Source: a bacterium
GTDB lineage: Bacteria; Patescibacteriota; Patescibacteriia; Patescibacteriales; VMTK01
Assembly (NCBI GenBank): GCA_030693295.1
Contig: JAUYAT010000008.1
Location: 1-60,663 of the forward strand
DNA length: 60,663 bases
Direction of reading: 5' to 3'
Below, piece by piece: positions 1 to 8,770 of the stretch (positions are counted from its first letter, which is position 1; the number at the start of each line of letters is the position of its first letter). The notes under the pieces are model-generated. The model had not been told where the DNA came from. It was given only the letters and a program-made list of their open reading frames with translations, and made no database searches. A program made the translations under genes and the position numbers.

Positions 1-677
1 CCGTAAGGCAGTTCCCACTTGAATTTAACATCATTATTATTATACCAAGCGGCTTGGTCCTGATGGGTTGGCGAAATTATTTCTGGCTTGCCAATGGTTT
101 CTATCGCCTCTTGTTTTTCTTCCGCTTTTTTTTCCGCGGAAGAAGCCGGGGTTGGTTTAGTTTCCGCCGGCGGAGCCGCGGCTTTGGAAATAATCTCGTA
201 ATTGCCGCCGCCCATGCCTGTTAAAATATTTGTCCCCTTGCCGTCGTTGGCTAAAATAGCTCCTGAAGAAAAAACTAAAGGCGCGTTGCCGGCTTGCTTT
301 GCCTTAAAATTCACAGTGATAATTTTTCCGGCTGAACCAATAAAACCCGGATTTAGCGCAATGCCTTCAAAGTTTACCGCGCCTTGCGAGAAAGACGGCT
401 CCTGCACCCATAACGAAACAATGGAGCCGGTTTTAACAATGGAAACCGCTTCTAATTTATCCGCCGGAAAAGAGATTGTTCCTGAAACCGCGTTCATGGC
501 TTGCTCCGCGCTTGAGACATAGACGGACACATTAAAGCTGTCGCCAACTGTATAGGGGCCGGATGAGGGAGAAAAATACAGGGTCGCGGCTGAAGCCGCT
601 GCTGGTAAAAGCAGAGAAGCGCTGATAATAAGCAGAACAACGCAGAATTTAATTATATTTTTCGCGAGCTTTGTCAT
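1..677 (-). CDS. Cohesin-domain surface protein, N-terminal part (gene runs off the left edge)
   Basis: Open-ended, so absent from the ORF track. Reverse-strand ATG at 675-677 reads MTKLAKNIIKFCVVLLIISASLLLPAAASAATLYFSPSSGPYTVGDSFNVSVYVSSAEQAMNAVSGTISFPADKLEAVSIVKTGSIVSLWVQEPSF... This is a signal peptide plus a cohesin-like module, paralogous to 841..1857. Confidence 0.7.
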   Translation of the reverse strand, partial: MTKLAKNIIKFCVVLLIISASLLLPAAASAATLYFSPSSGPYTVGDSFNVSVYVSSAEQAMNAVSGTISFPADKLEAVSIVKTGSIVSLWVQEPSFSQGAVNFEGIALNPGFIGSAGKIITVNFKAKQAGNAPLVFSSGAILANDGKGTNILTGMGGGNYEIISKAAAPPAETKPTPASSAEKKAEEKQEAIETIGKPEIISPTHQDQAAWYNNNDVKFKWELPY

Positions 678-751
678 AAATCCATCTTTTAATCTGCTTT
701 TAACTTTTTAAATCTTCTAAATATGAAAGCATTAAATAATTCCTTCTCTTT

Positions 752-789
752 GTCATTCCCAGCTTGACTGGGAATCCAGGAGTTAGCGG
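752..789. repeat. Solo arm of palindromic repeat family P1 (GTCATTCCC-loop-GGGAATCCAGGAGTTAGCGG)
   Basis: GTCATTCCCAGCTTGACTGGGAATCCAGGAGTTAGCGG is identical to 1877-1914. The internal stem is ATTCCCAG/CTGGGAAT. Confidence 0.8.
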
Positions 790-840
790 CATGAACAAGA
801 AAATAGATAAAAGTATTAAAAATATTAAACCTTTTATTAA

Positions 841-1857
841 TTATTCGCGTTTTTGCGGATCACTCCTGCCTGCCCCGCTGCGCGTTGCGCGGCCGGGGGA
901 TTCCCGCTTTCGCTCGCCTCGCTGAAGCTTTGGCGAAGCGGGCGGGAATGACAGAATTGAATTATTCAACAGTCTAAATACGATGTAAATAAAAATTACT
1001 ATTACTATTATTATACCCCAAACCAAGTATTTTTCATACCATCTCATCGGATATCTCGGCTCAACCACCGCCATTCTTTCATTGCCGGCTTTATCAATCG
1101 CTTTAACATAAACATAGCTCCGCAAATTCTGATCTTCCAATAAATACGGGCTTTCCGCCGCTTTCCACTTTTTCCAAATTCGCGCTCTTTTTTGCTCTTT
1201 TACTTCATAATGGCCTATCCCTGAGCCCTTATCCTGGGTCGCGAAAACCAAAAACCACTTGCCGCCGAACATAGATTCGTTTCGCGCGATTTCAGGCGCG
1301 AAAGATTCCGGCGGCTCATAATCCCGGGCCTTTATCTCAATGGATTCTTCCGGCGCCAAGTCCGCTTCCTTAATTTCAAACTCCAACGGCCGCGTTAAGA
1401 CATCAGCCGGAGTGCCAAGGCCGTCATTTTTCAACGCTCTTATTCCTGAAAACTCAATTTGTCCTTTATTTTTTTCTTTGGGCTCAAAAACCAAAGAAAA
1501 AACCAAACCGTTTTCGCTCTTGAAACCGCCCGGAGTAATCCCTGAAAAAATAATACTGCCGGCTGAATCGCTTCGCGGCCTTTCAACCCAAAAATTAACA
1601 ATAGAATTGCCGTCTTTTATTTCTTTTAATTCAAGAAGTTTTTCCGGAAACAAAATCTTGCCTTCAACCGCGTTAATGCTTTCCTCTTCGGTGTTAAGAA
1701 AAAAACTAACTTCAAACTTGCCGCCCATTTTGATTTCTTGAGCTTGAGAAGTTAAATTTAGTTGAGCTGCCCGTGTCGTTATGGGCAACACTAAACCAAC
1801 GCTAAACAAAACGCAAAACAGACACAAAACTTTTTTAATTTTTTCTTGCTGTATCAT
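841..1857 (-). CDS. Cohesin-domain surface protein with C-terminal TM helix; 3' end reads into repeats
   Basis: ORF-track 841..1881; the likely start is MIQQEKIKKVLCLF at 1857. LNLTSQAQEIKMGGKFEVSFFLNTEEESINAVEGKILFPEKLLELKEI is cohesin-like, and WGIIIVIVIFIYIV is a TM helix. The last ~40 codons (LLNNSILSFPPASPKLQRGERKRESPGRATRSGAGR) are encoded by repeat DNA. Confidence 0.7.
   Translation of the reverse strand: MIQQEKIKKVLCLFCVLFSVGLVLPITTRAAQLNLTSQAQEIKMGGKFEVSFFLNTEEESINAVEGKILFPEKLLELKEIKDGNSIVNFWVERPRSDSAGSIIFSGITPGGFKSENGLVFSLVFEPKEKNKGQIEFSGIRALKNDGLGTPADVLTRPLEFEIKEADLAPEESIEIKARDYEPPESFAPEIARNESMFGGKWFLVFATQDKGSGIGHYEVKEQKRARIWKKWKAAESPYLLEDQNLRSYVYVKAIDKAGNERMAVVEPRYPMRWYEKYLVWGIIIVIVIFIYIVFRLLNNSILSFPPASPKLQRGERKRESPGRATRSGAGRSDPQKRE
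867..970. repeat. GC-rich hairpin (family H) fused to a P1-family arm
   Basis: 867-898 TGCCTGCCCCGCTGCGCGTTGCGCGGCCGGGG is the reverse complement of the hairpin seen in tsaD, valS and the methyltransferase. 898-970 GGATTCCCGCTTTCGCTCGCCTCGCTGAAGCTTTGGCGAAGCGGGCGGGAATGACAGAATTGAATTATTCAAC recurs in inverted orientation at 4029-4088 (the ACAGAATTGAATTATTCAAC tail recurs at 4147-4166) and directly at 52805-52862. Confidence 0.8.
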
Positions 1858-1876
1858 AAAATATTCTCTTCCCCTT

Positions 1877-2319
1877 GTCATTCCCAGCTTGACTGGGAAT
1901 CCAGGAGTTAGCGGTACTTATGTCATATCCAGAAATAAATCTCGCCAAGCAGGATTTTCCTTTTCTATTAATTCTATTTTCCATTGCCGATTCCACTTTT
2001 TCAACTGTTTTTCTCTTTGGATAGCATATTGAATATAACCATAACTTTCATAATACACTAATCTGGTTACATTATATTTTGCTGTAAAACTCTTTGGATT
2101 CTCTTTTAATTTATGTTGAAAACTGCGGCTAAATAAATTATTAGTAACTCCGATGTAGATTGTCCCATTTCTTTTACTGGCCATAATATACACATAATAA
2201 CATTTTTCTTGTTTCATATTAATTTCTTACTATAATAATTATTTTAAAATCCACATTCATACCGCTTCCTCCTGGATTCCCCACCCGCTTTCGCGAGTGC
2301 TAAAGGCCGCGGGAATGAC
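1877..2319. mobile_element. GIY-YIG gene enclosed by inverted P1-family arms (candidate autonomous palindromic element)
   Basis: The left arm ends GGGAATCCAGGAGTTAGCGGTA (to 1916). The right arm starts TACCGCTTCCTCCTGGATTCCC (from 2260). That is a 22-nt inverted repeat with 2 mismatches. The outer ends are GTCATTCCC (1877) and GGGAATGAC (2319). The same two arms abut without an ORF at 4029-4166. Confidence 0.5.
1918..2217 (-). CDS. GIY-YIG nuclease family protein (small UPF0213/YhbQ-like)
   Basis: 99 aa. N-terminal YYVYIMASKRNGTIYIGVTNNL (GIY...YIG motifs), then REKQLKKWNR. Confidence 0.75.
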   Translation of the reverse strand: MKQEKCYYVYIMASKRNGTIYIGVTNNLFSRSFQHKLKENPKSFTAKYNVTRLVYYESYGYIQYAIQREKQLKKWNRQWKIELIEKENPAWRDLFLDMT

Positions 2320-2336
2320 AAAGGTGGCTAACTTCG

Positions 2337-3389
2337 TCAGCCTGTCCAGTAATACGCCATAATGCTGAAATCTATCAAATCAACTTTTCCGTCGCTGTTA
2401 AAATCAACCTTGGCCGGAGGCGACGGCCGTTTATGCCAATAAGCGGCAATTGAAAAATCAACTAAATTTATTCTGTTGTCACAATTTAAATCCGCTTTGC
2501 CGCATTTAGCCGTTTCTTTGGGCGTTGTTTTTGCGCCGACTTGAAAAGTTACCGCCTTGCTGAAAGAACTGATTTCTCCGGCCAGCGCCACTTTTGACTT
2601 GGTAAAATGCTGTCCCATTTCAAGAGGCGAGGTGTCGTAATTATATAAATAAATGCCATCTTTGCCAGCCGGCATCTTAGCAAAAAATTCTTCATCAGAA
2701 TTTATGGAAATGGTAATTTCAGAATTAGGAACCGACTGCCCGAAAATCGCGATATTATCTCCCCGCTTTACTTCGCTCTTGTCAATATCAATTGTCGGCG
2801 CGATAAAAATACCACTCACTTGAGTGGTAGCGCCGGTTGTAATGCTAATGGGGAAAGTTAATAGACTTGAACGAAGCCCTTTGCTGTCTTCGCTATAAAG
2901 AGAAAAAATATAATTTCCGCCAGAAAGGCCGGAAATGCTTATTTGAAAATTAGCGTCCGCGCCGCTAACAGTTGTCGCCGCGACTTGAGCGTCTTTTAAT
3001 AAAGTCACCGTACTTTTAGGATAGGCCCTGCCGGAAAAAATTACTTTGGTTTCTATTAAAGGCGCGACATAACCTCCTCCGCCGCCTCCTCCTCCGCTCG
3101 GTGGTGAAGGAGCAGTGGTAACGCACGCCGAAGTGTTAAATTCGCAAGCGGGGGTACAGGAAAGAACGCCGCCGGTATAGCCCAAGCTCGCGCAGGACCG
3201 GCCGCCTAAATCGCTATTGTCGCATTCCTCCCAGCCCTCTCTAACGCCGTCGCCGCAAACCAATATTTTTACGGTCATTACCACCGCGTTGCTATCCGCC
3301 AAAATATTTTCAGCCAAAATAAAAAAACCGACGGCCAAAACCATTATCAATAAAAGAAAAAAATAAATAATTAAATAATATTTTTTCAT
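2337..3389 (-). CDS. Secreted protein with Cys-rich N-terminal repeat, poly-Gly linker and C-terminal dockerin-like repeats
   Basis: 350 aa with an N-terminal TM/signal. CGDGVREGWEECDNSDLGGRSC is a Cys-rich repeat, followed by GGGGGGGG. The C-terminal pair DLNCDNRINLVDFSI / DFNSDGKVDLIDFSIMAYYW resembles type I dockerin Ca-binding repeats. Confidence 0.65.
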   Translation of the reverse strand: MKKYYLIIYFFLLLIMVLAVGFFILAENILADSNAVVMTVKILVCGDGVREGWEECDNSDLGGRSCASLGYTGGVLSCTPACEFNTSACVTTAPSPPSGGGGGGGGYVAPLIETKVIFSGRAYPKSTVTLLKDAQVAATTVSGADANFQISISGLSGGNYIFSLYSEDSKGLRSSLLTFPISITTGATTQVSGIFIAPTIDIDKSEVKRGDNIAIFGQSVPNSEITISINSDEEFFAKMPAGKDGIYLYNYDTSPLEMGQHFTKSKVALAGEISSFSKAVTFQVGAKTTPKETAKCGKADLNCDNRINLVDFSIAAYWHKRPSPPAKVDFNSDGKVDLIDFSIMAYYWTG

Positions 3390-3403
3390 TCATCACAACA
3401 ATT

Positions 3404-4006
3404 TTATTTCTTTTTTAAATTAACGCCGATATTAAACGAGAAAAATCGGCGGAACAAAGAAATTAACAAAGCCGCGGCAACAACCGCCAAGACGACATAG
3501 CTCCAAGGGGCGTACATATTGCAAAGCGAAGCGGCTCGGTAATAAATCCCGGCAAAAAAATTCGCCGGCGTAACCGTAAAATAAAGCTTCGCGGCCGCGG
3601 CAACGCCAACGCTCGTGCTCCCCTCTTGAATTTTCTTAACCGGAAACCCTTGCAAGAAAGCGAAATAATCCCCGGGTTTGGCGCCCGTTACCGGCAGAGT
3701 TAATTTAATCTGAACAACCTGCACTTGGTCCGGCTCCAGATAAAAATTTAGCGGTTCAAAACTGAACCACTCTTTCAGCGGTCTCATTTCCGGCTGATTT
3801 TCGTGATACTGTATGCCAACCCCGTATTCGGACGGCTCGTCCCCGGTATTTATAACCGTAAGCGGAGGCAGAGTATAAATTAGGCCTGCTTTTAACGGCT
3901 GGTCAACCTGAATCTTGCCTGTTCCCACTCCAACGCCAATCTTTGCCATAACAACAATAGGCAAAAATAAAACAAAACCTAAAATTAAAACAATGGCTTT
4001 TTTCAT
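3404..4006 (-). CDS. Membrane-anchored surface protein (signal peptide, beta-rich ectodomain, C-terminal TM)
   Basis: ORF-track 3404..4174, but codons upstream of MKKAIVLILGFVLFLPIVVMA (ATG at 4006) are repeat DNA. The C-terminal helix is WSYVVLAVVAAALLISLF. Family not recognised. Confidence 0.55.
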   Translation of the reverse strand: MKKAIVLILGFVLFLPIVVMAKIGVGVGTGKIQVDQPLKAGLIYTLPPLTVINTGDEPSEYGVGIQYHENQPEMRPLKEWFSFEPLNFYLEPDQVQVVQIKLTLPVTGAKPGDYFAFLQGFPVKKIQEGSTSVGVAAAAKLYFTVTPANFFAGIYYRAASLCNMYAPWSYVVLAVVAAALLISLFRRFFSFNIGVNLKKK

Positions 4007-4028
4007 AAGTTTAATTTGCCTCCCTGTT

Positions 4029-4166
4029 GTCATTCCCGCCCGCTTCGCCAAAGCTTCAGCGAGGCGAGCGAAAGCGGGAATCCAGGAGTTAGCGCACAGA
4101 ATCTGGATTCCCCACCCGCTTTCGCGAGTGCTAAAGGCCGGGAATGACAGAATTGAATTATTCAAC
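4029..4166. repeat. Composite P1-family palindromic element without an ORF
   Basis: GTCATTCCCGCCCGCTTCGCCAAAGCTTCAGCGAGGCGAGCGAAAGCGGGAATCCAGGAGTTAGCG-CACAGAAT-CTGGATTCCCCACCCGCTTTCGCGAGTGCTAAAGGCCGGGAATGACAGAATTGAATTATTCAAC. The two arms that flank the GIY-YIG gene at 1877-2319 are separated here by only 8 nt. Confidence 0.8.
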
Positions 4167-4183
4167 GCTCTCAATTTATCTAA

Positions 4184-4705
4184 TTAAATGGCGCTTGCTT
4201 GAATAGTGACTGCCGCGCTTTGCTGGGTGAAAACGGTCGGAGTTGCCGGAGTCGTGATTTGCAGTTGGAAAGCGACGGTTTCCGTGTTTGCCACGCTGGC
4301 GTCAAGCGTCGCCGGGCTGGTTGTTAAAGCGGTGTAGTTAGTCGGTGGCGTGGTGCAAAGATTTGTGGTATCTTCGCAAAATTTGTGTATATAATTATTG
4401 CCTGTATTGTCCGCGGCCAAGGTATAGTTGGCAGTACTCGCGCCGTAGATATCAAATTGAGAGGTGCTGCCATTATTAGTAGCGATTATGCCCGCTCCTG
4501 ACCATAGCGTTAATGTGCTTGACGCGACATTGCTACTCATACTTCCATAAGGAAAAGTTTCCTGGTTAAGCGAAACGGCGGAATACATCACAGTAACAGT
4601 TGCCGAAACCGAATCCGTGGCCGCCTGCGCCAGTCCGGCAACCATCATGCCGACTAAAGCAACTAATGTAATTGACGCAATTGAAGAAAAAAATTTTTTC
4701 ATCAT
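4184..4705 (-). CDS. Small secreted protein, paralogous to the C-terminal domain of the 913-aa protein
   Basis: 173 aa with signal peptide ...VAGLAQA. SLNQETFPYGSMSSNVASSTLTLWSGAGIIATNNGS...NNYIHKFCEDTTNLCTTPPTNYTALTTSPATL aligns with residues ~770-913 of 4971..7712. Confidence 0.65.
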   Translation of the reverse strand: MMKKFFSSIASITLVALVGMMVAGLAQAATDSVSATVTVMYSAVSLNQETFPYGSMSSNVASSTLTLWSGAGIIATNNGSTSQFDIYGASTANYTLAADNTGNNYIHKFCEDTTNLCTTPPTNYTALTTSPATLDASVANTETVAFQLQITTPATPTVFTQQSAAVTIQASAI

Positions 4706-4795
4706 ATTTTTTTGTTAATTATTAAAAAATAAAAAATCCAACCTAACAAATTGCAAGATTGGACGCAAATATAAAATTTCTCCCAAATTTATTTC

Positions 4796-4831
<36 letters not shown>

Positions 4832-4970
4832 GAATTTTAGTTATCCACATATTCATATTATAACATATTATTCGCAATAATACTAAAACAAAAATCAAAT
4901 TAAGCTTTGTGTGTTTTCAGCGTCAAGTCAGCGTCCCGAGCACTCGGAATCGGCGTAATTTCAGCGGATA

Positions 4971-7712
4971 TTACGGCGCCGATGCCTGAACAGTCACGAC
5001 AGCGCTTTGCGCGCTAAAATCAGTGGGCGCAGTTGGAGTTGTAAGTTGCAGTTGAAAAGCCCTAGTTCCTGCTGCCGCCACATTGGCTTCAAGCAGAGCG
5101 GGGCTGGTTGTTAAAGCGGTATAGTTTGTCGGTGGTCCTGTGCAAACACTCTCGGTGTCATCGCAAAATTTATGCATATAGTTATTGCCGGAATTATCTA
5201 TATTACTCAATATCCAGCCGCCGCCGGTGCCGCTGGAATTCGCGCCGTAGATGTAAAAGTCCGCGATAGCGCCGCCGTTTGTCGCGATAATTCCCGCTCC
5301 GCTCCAAAGCGAAAGAGTGCTTGAAGCGGTATTATTAGCCATGCTTCCATAAGGAAAATTTTCCCGGTCAAGAGTTACGGAAACAACCGCGGCGGCGTTG
5401 ATTGTAATTGTTCCCGATGAATAGGCGCTTACTTGAGGATTGACGCCGTCAGTAGTTGTCCCATAGACATAATAACTTCCCGGAGTCATGCCAGTTGTAT
5501 CCCAAGAACAAGTCGCGTTTGTTCCTTCAGCCGCCGTGGCGCACGCGCCGGAAATGGTCGTACCGTCAAGACCGGTATTGTTGGTATCGTAATAAAAAGC
5601 CGCTGTTACCACATCGTCAGTGTCGGATAATGTGTAAGTAATGTTATACAAGTCGCCAACTGTTACTGTGTCGCTAACTCCATCCGGCTGGGAAATGGAA
5701 AGAGTCGGCGCGGAGTTGGCCGCCGGGTTTTTCCACGCCACATACCGATAGTTGTTCGTCCCTGAAGTGTTGGTTTCAGCCGCGGTGCCGACAGAGAAAC
5801 CCGTAGCGATGATTGCCGTAATAGCGCCGGTAATTGAAGCAATATTGATAAAAGGCAGAGCGCCGTCTCCTGCTTGACTGCTGGGACGCGAAACTCCCCT
5901 CGTGGCTATGATTGATTTCACCCAAATATTGTCAGGTTGAAAGGCAACAGGAACATTTTTGGCGACCCCGGTACCGCTGTAGGCGCCAACCTCAAAGTTG
6001 GTACCTGATTTGAAAGCAAAAAAGTGATATACACTGGCGGCAGTATTGACATTGGCGGCGGTGCCGACTTGAAAGCCGTCAGTATTGAGTGTCTGAATGA
6101 TATTTGCCGCTTCGGCAGTGGCGGCAAAATAGCTGGACAAATCTCCTGTATGCGCAGAAGTGCGAAAAACGCCAGCGCCAGTACCGTAGTTTTTGACTGC
6201 CACCATATTCGGCTGGAAAGGCAAACGAGTAATGTTTCGGCTGTCAATACCATTGCCGTAATATGCGCCGATAGTGAAGTCAGCGGCGCCGGAATTAGTA
6301 TCGGGATTCCAGGCGTTGCCGTACGCAGTCCAGTAGTAGGTGACAGCATTGGTATTAACCACAACACTCGTCCCCACGGTAAAGCTGTCGGGATTAAGCG
6401 CTGTGATCCCACCGGCAAAGTTAGTCGTTGCTGAATCAAGATACGCGGTGATGTCGCCCGCCATCATCCTCGTTCTGAATGCACCGGCTTGTGTCGTATT
6501 ACCCTTAATGATAACAAGGTCGGGAGAAAATCCCAAGTTGGATATAGTCTGCACTGCCGCGGTGCCGGTATAGGAGCCGGTTGCCATACTGAACGTACCG
6601 CTTGCGGAATGCGCGGCTGACCCGCCAAAGGCGGCGTAAAAGTAAGCAATGTTGGCGCTGTTGACCGTAGCATTTAGCCCAATCTGAAAACCATCGGTTT
6701 GAAGAGCTTGAATCATATCCGGGATATTGGCAGTGGCGGAGAAATAACTAGCACTGTCACCGTATGATTCTTTGACATTGTAGACAGCGGATACCGCGGT
6801 TGGCGCGTTTTTGACGAAAACAAAGTCAGGCACAAAACCAACACCGGCAATGTTGGTGTTGTCGGCGGGAGTGGCGGCGGCGGTGTAGGTGCCGACAGCG
6901 ACAGAACCGGCAACGCTTTTGAATGCGGCGTAGTAGTTAGTTACACCGGTCGGGCTGTTGGTGGCGCCGACGGTAAAGCCGGTAGCGTCAAGCGTGGTGA
7001 AAAGAACGCCGGTGGTATCTTGGATGGTGCCCATAAAATATTGGCCAACATTGGTGCCCATAGCCGAAGAACGCCAAGTGGCGGCTACTGCGGTTGCCGG
7101 TTTTACTATGACCAGATTGGGTGAAAAACCGGTGGTGATGGCTTTTGCCGCGGCAGTGCCTTGATATGAACCAATGCAGAAAACGCCGCTCGCGGTGCAA
7201 TCCGAACCAGTAAACGCAGTCCATGTGTAGCGGACATTGGCGGTATTGGCGGTTGAAGCAACGGTAAAGCCGTCAGAGTTAAGCGTGATAAAACCAGCGG
7301 CGCTGTCAACGGTGGCAGAACCGAGATAGGCGGTATTGAGCACCGGCATAGCGGTGGTTTTGAACACCGCGGCAATGGTGGTGGTATTTGATTTCAAAAC
7401 AATCATCTGCGGAGAAAAGCCGAGGCCGGTGATCGATTTGGACGCGCCGCTGCCGATGTAGGAGCCGGTTTGGATTTGAAAGGTTGCTGCGCGCGCCTTC
7501 TCCACGCGCGGACGCAAAAGATTGACAAGTCCTTTGTCTATCACGTTCGGATCTCTCATCGCATGATAAAGAGAGTCCACGATGTTTCTGTCCGCAATTA
7601 TCTGCCCTATCCGCTCCAAAAGGACAGATGGAGGAAACCCAGCAAGAAAAAGCGCAAGTATGAGCAACATTGTAGTTATCGGCTTGAATGTTTTTTTAAT
7701 TATTCGCCACAT
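4971..7712 (-). CDS. Large surface protein with six ~95-aa tandem repeats and a C-terminal domain shared with 4184..4705
   Basis: 913 aa with an N-terminal signal anchor. The repeats each start G(F/L)xP(D/N/Q)xV(I/F/A)VK and end Y(Y/F)xA(F/Y), e.g. GFSPQMIVLK...YTWTAF, GFSPNLVIVK...YYAAF, GFVPDFVFVK...FYAAF, GFSPDLVIIK...YWTAY, PFQPNMVAVK...HFFAF. Confidence 0.75.
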   Translation of the reverse strand: MWRIIKKTFKPITTMLLILALFLAGFPPSVLLERIGQIIADRNIVDSLYHAMRDPNVIDKGLVNLLRPRVEKARAATFQIQTGSYIGSGASKSITGLGFSPQMIVLKSNTTTIAAVFKTTAMPVLNTAYLGSATVDSAAGFITLNSDGFTVASTANTANVRYTWTAFTGSDCTASGVFCIGSYQGTAAAKAITTGFSPNLVIVKPATAVAATWRSSAMGTNVGQYFMGTIQDTTGVLFTTLDATGFTVGATNSPTGVTNYYAAFKSVAGSVAVGTYTAAATPADNTNIAGVGFVPDFVFVKNAPTAVSAVYNVKESYGDSASYFSATANIPDMIQALQTDGFQIGLNATVNSANIAYFYAAFGGSAAHSASGTFSMATGSYTGTAAVQTISNLGFSPDLVIIKGNTTQAGAFRTRMMAGDITAYLDSATTNFAGGITALNPDSFTVGTSVVVNTNAVTYYWTAYGNAWNPDTNSGAADFTIGAYYGNGIDSRNITRLPFQPNMVAVKNYGTGAGVFRTSAHTGDLSSYFAATAEAANIIQTLNTDGFQVGTAANVNTAASVYHFFAFKSGTNFEVGAYSGTGVAKNVPVAFQPDNIWVKSIIATRGVSRPSSQAGDGALPFINIASITGAITAIIATGFSVGTAAETNTSGTNNYRYVAWKNPAANSAPTLSISQPDGVSDTVTVGDLYNITYTLSDTDDVVTAAFYYDTNNTGLDGTTISGACATAAEGTNATCSWDTTGMTPGSYYVYGTTTDGVNPQVSAYSSGTITINAAAVVSVTLDRENFPYGSMANNTASSTLSLWSGAGIIATNGGAIADFYIYGANSSGTGGGWILSNIDNSGNNYMHKFCDDTESVCTGPPTNYTALTTSPALLEANVAAAGTRAFQLQLTTPTAPTDFSAQSAVVTVQASAP

Positions 7713-8643
7713 AAGTATATGCCGCTTTTGATAACTCTCTCATAATTTCTTGGGCCTTTTCTACCCCGCTGCCGCCTTCTACTTCAATCATAACCGTGAT
7801 GAGATACGGACGCTCGGAAACATATACGATTCCGGAGTCAAGAAATGCCTTAGCCTCAAACGCCTCCCCGATTTTATGAGAAAACAAAACTTCTGATGGA
7901 ACTCCTGCTTTTAGAAATTCGTTAAAACTGGTTTGAGAAAGCCAAGTAAGAATTTTTTGGGAGTTTTCGCGGTTTAGATAACTCGCATTGTACAATGCTC
8001 GGAAAATACGGGAATACTCCTTGGCGGTAATATCATAATTTTTATCAAAAAGCTCTTCCATGCCAAGCGCCTCAAATATATCGGTATAATCCTCGCTTGA
8101 AAGATTGCGCACTAAAATCCTATGACTCGTGTTGTCGGAATTAATCAAGGTCTGTTTAAGCAATTCTTCAATCGTGAACTTGGTGCCGGATGGCTTTTTA
8201 TACAATTCGCCGAACTGCTCATCTTTGTCCTCAGAAAAAAGAACAAGTTCGTTTGCGGGTTTCCACTCCCCTTTCTCTATTTTTTTCATTGCCGCAAAGA
8301 CGGTGGGCATCTTACTTAGAGATGCAGGCCAGAAACGTGTGTCTTGGTTTATGGAAACGTTCGCTCCGGTATTCAAAAACTCAAAATAAACGCCGATGCG
8401 ATTCCCGTTTTTTTCATAATCGGCGACTATCCGCTTCATCTCCTTGCGCATGGGTTCTATAGTGCTAAAAAAGTGCTCTTGAGCAATAAAACTTCTCGCA
8501 GGGTCAATCAGGGGGTACGGATTCTTAAATTGCTTTACTGATTCTGAACGGCTTTTATAAACCAAAAACCCAAGAGTTGCGACATTCGTCGCTATCAGAA
8601 AAATTGCAAAAATGATAAAAAATTTTTGTTTAATTTTTATCAT
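7696..8643 (-). CDS. Serine hydrolase, class A beta-lactamase-like
   Basis: 315 aa with an N-terminal TM. Motifs S-x-x-K (SLSK), SDN (NSDN) and a KTG-like HKIG. Overlaps the 7712 start of the downstream gene by 17 nt. Confidence 0.55.
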   Translation of the reverse strand: MIKIKQKFFIIFAIFLIATNVATLGFLVYKSRSESVKQFKNPYPLIDPARSFIAQEHFFSTIEPMRKEMKRIVADYEKNGNRIGVYFEFLNTGANVSINQDTRFWPASLSKMPTVFAAMKKIEKGEWKPANELVLFSEDKDEQFGELYKKPSGTKFTIEELLKQTLINSDNTSHRILVRNLSSEDYTDIFEALGMEELFDKNYDITAKEYSRIFRALYNASYLNRENSQKILTWLSQTSFNEFLKAGVPSEVLFSHKIGEAFEAKAFLDSGIVYVSERPYLITVMIEVEGGSGVEKAQEIMRELSKAAYTYVANN

Positions 8644-8770
8644 AGTTTAAAAGTTTAAAAAATAAAATTAAAAATAATAATTATTCTGCTTTTATTATAC
8701 CATAAATAGCTGTCACTGAAAAAATCAACGATATTATCAAAAAACCTTTTAAGTTATTTTTAAATACTTT

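Noticed and set aside
3404-4174. Long N-terminal extensions offered by the ORF track (also 841..1881, 9359..9943, 10453..11109, 31090..31842, 36374..36727, 43404..44624, 49780..51186, 50828..52660)
   Set aside because: The extensions read through repeat elements, a tRNA fragment, a structured leader or the neighbouring divergent gene. Internal ATGs followed by signal peptides or conserved N-termini fit better.
5433-7375. Numerous 60-170-aa ORFs on both strands inside the 913-aa surface-protein gene
   Set aside because: All are overlapped by one long repeat-structured ORF with a signal anchor. The GC-rich, stop-poor repeats generate open alternative frames.
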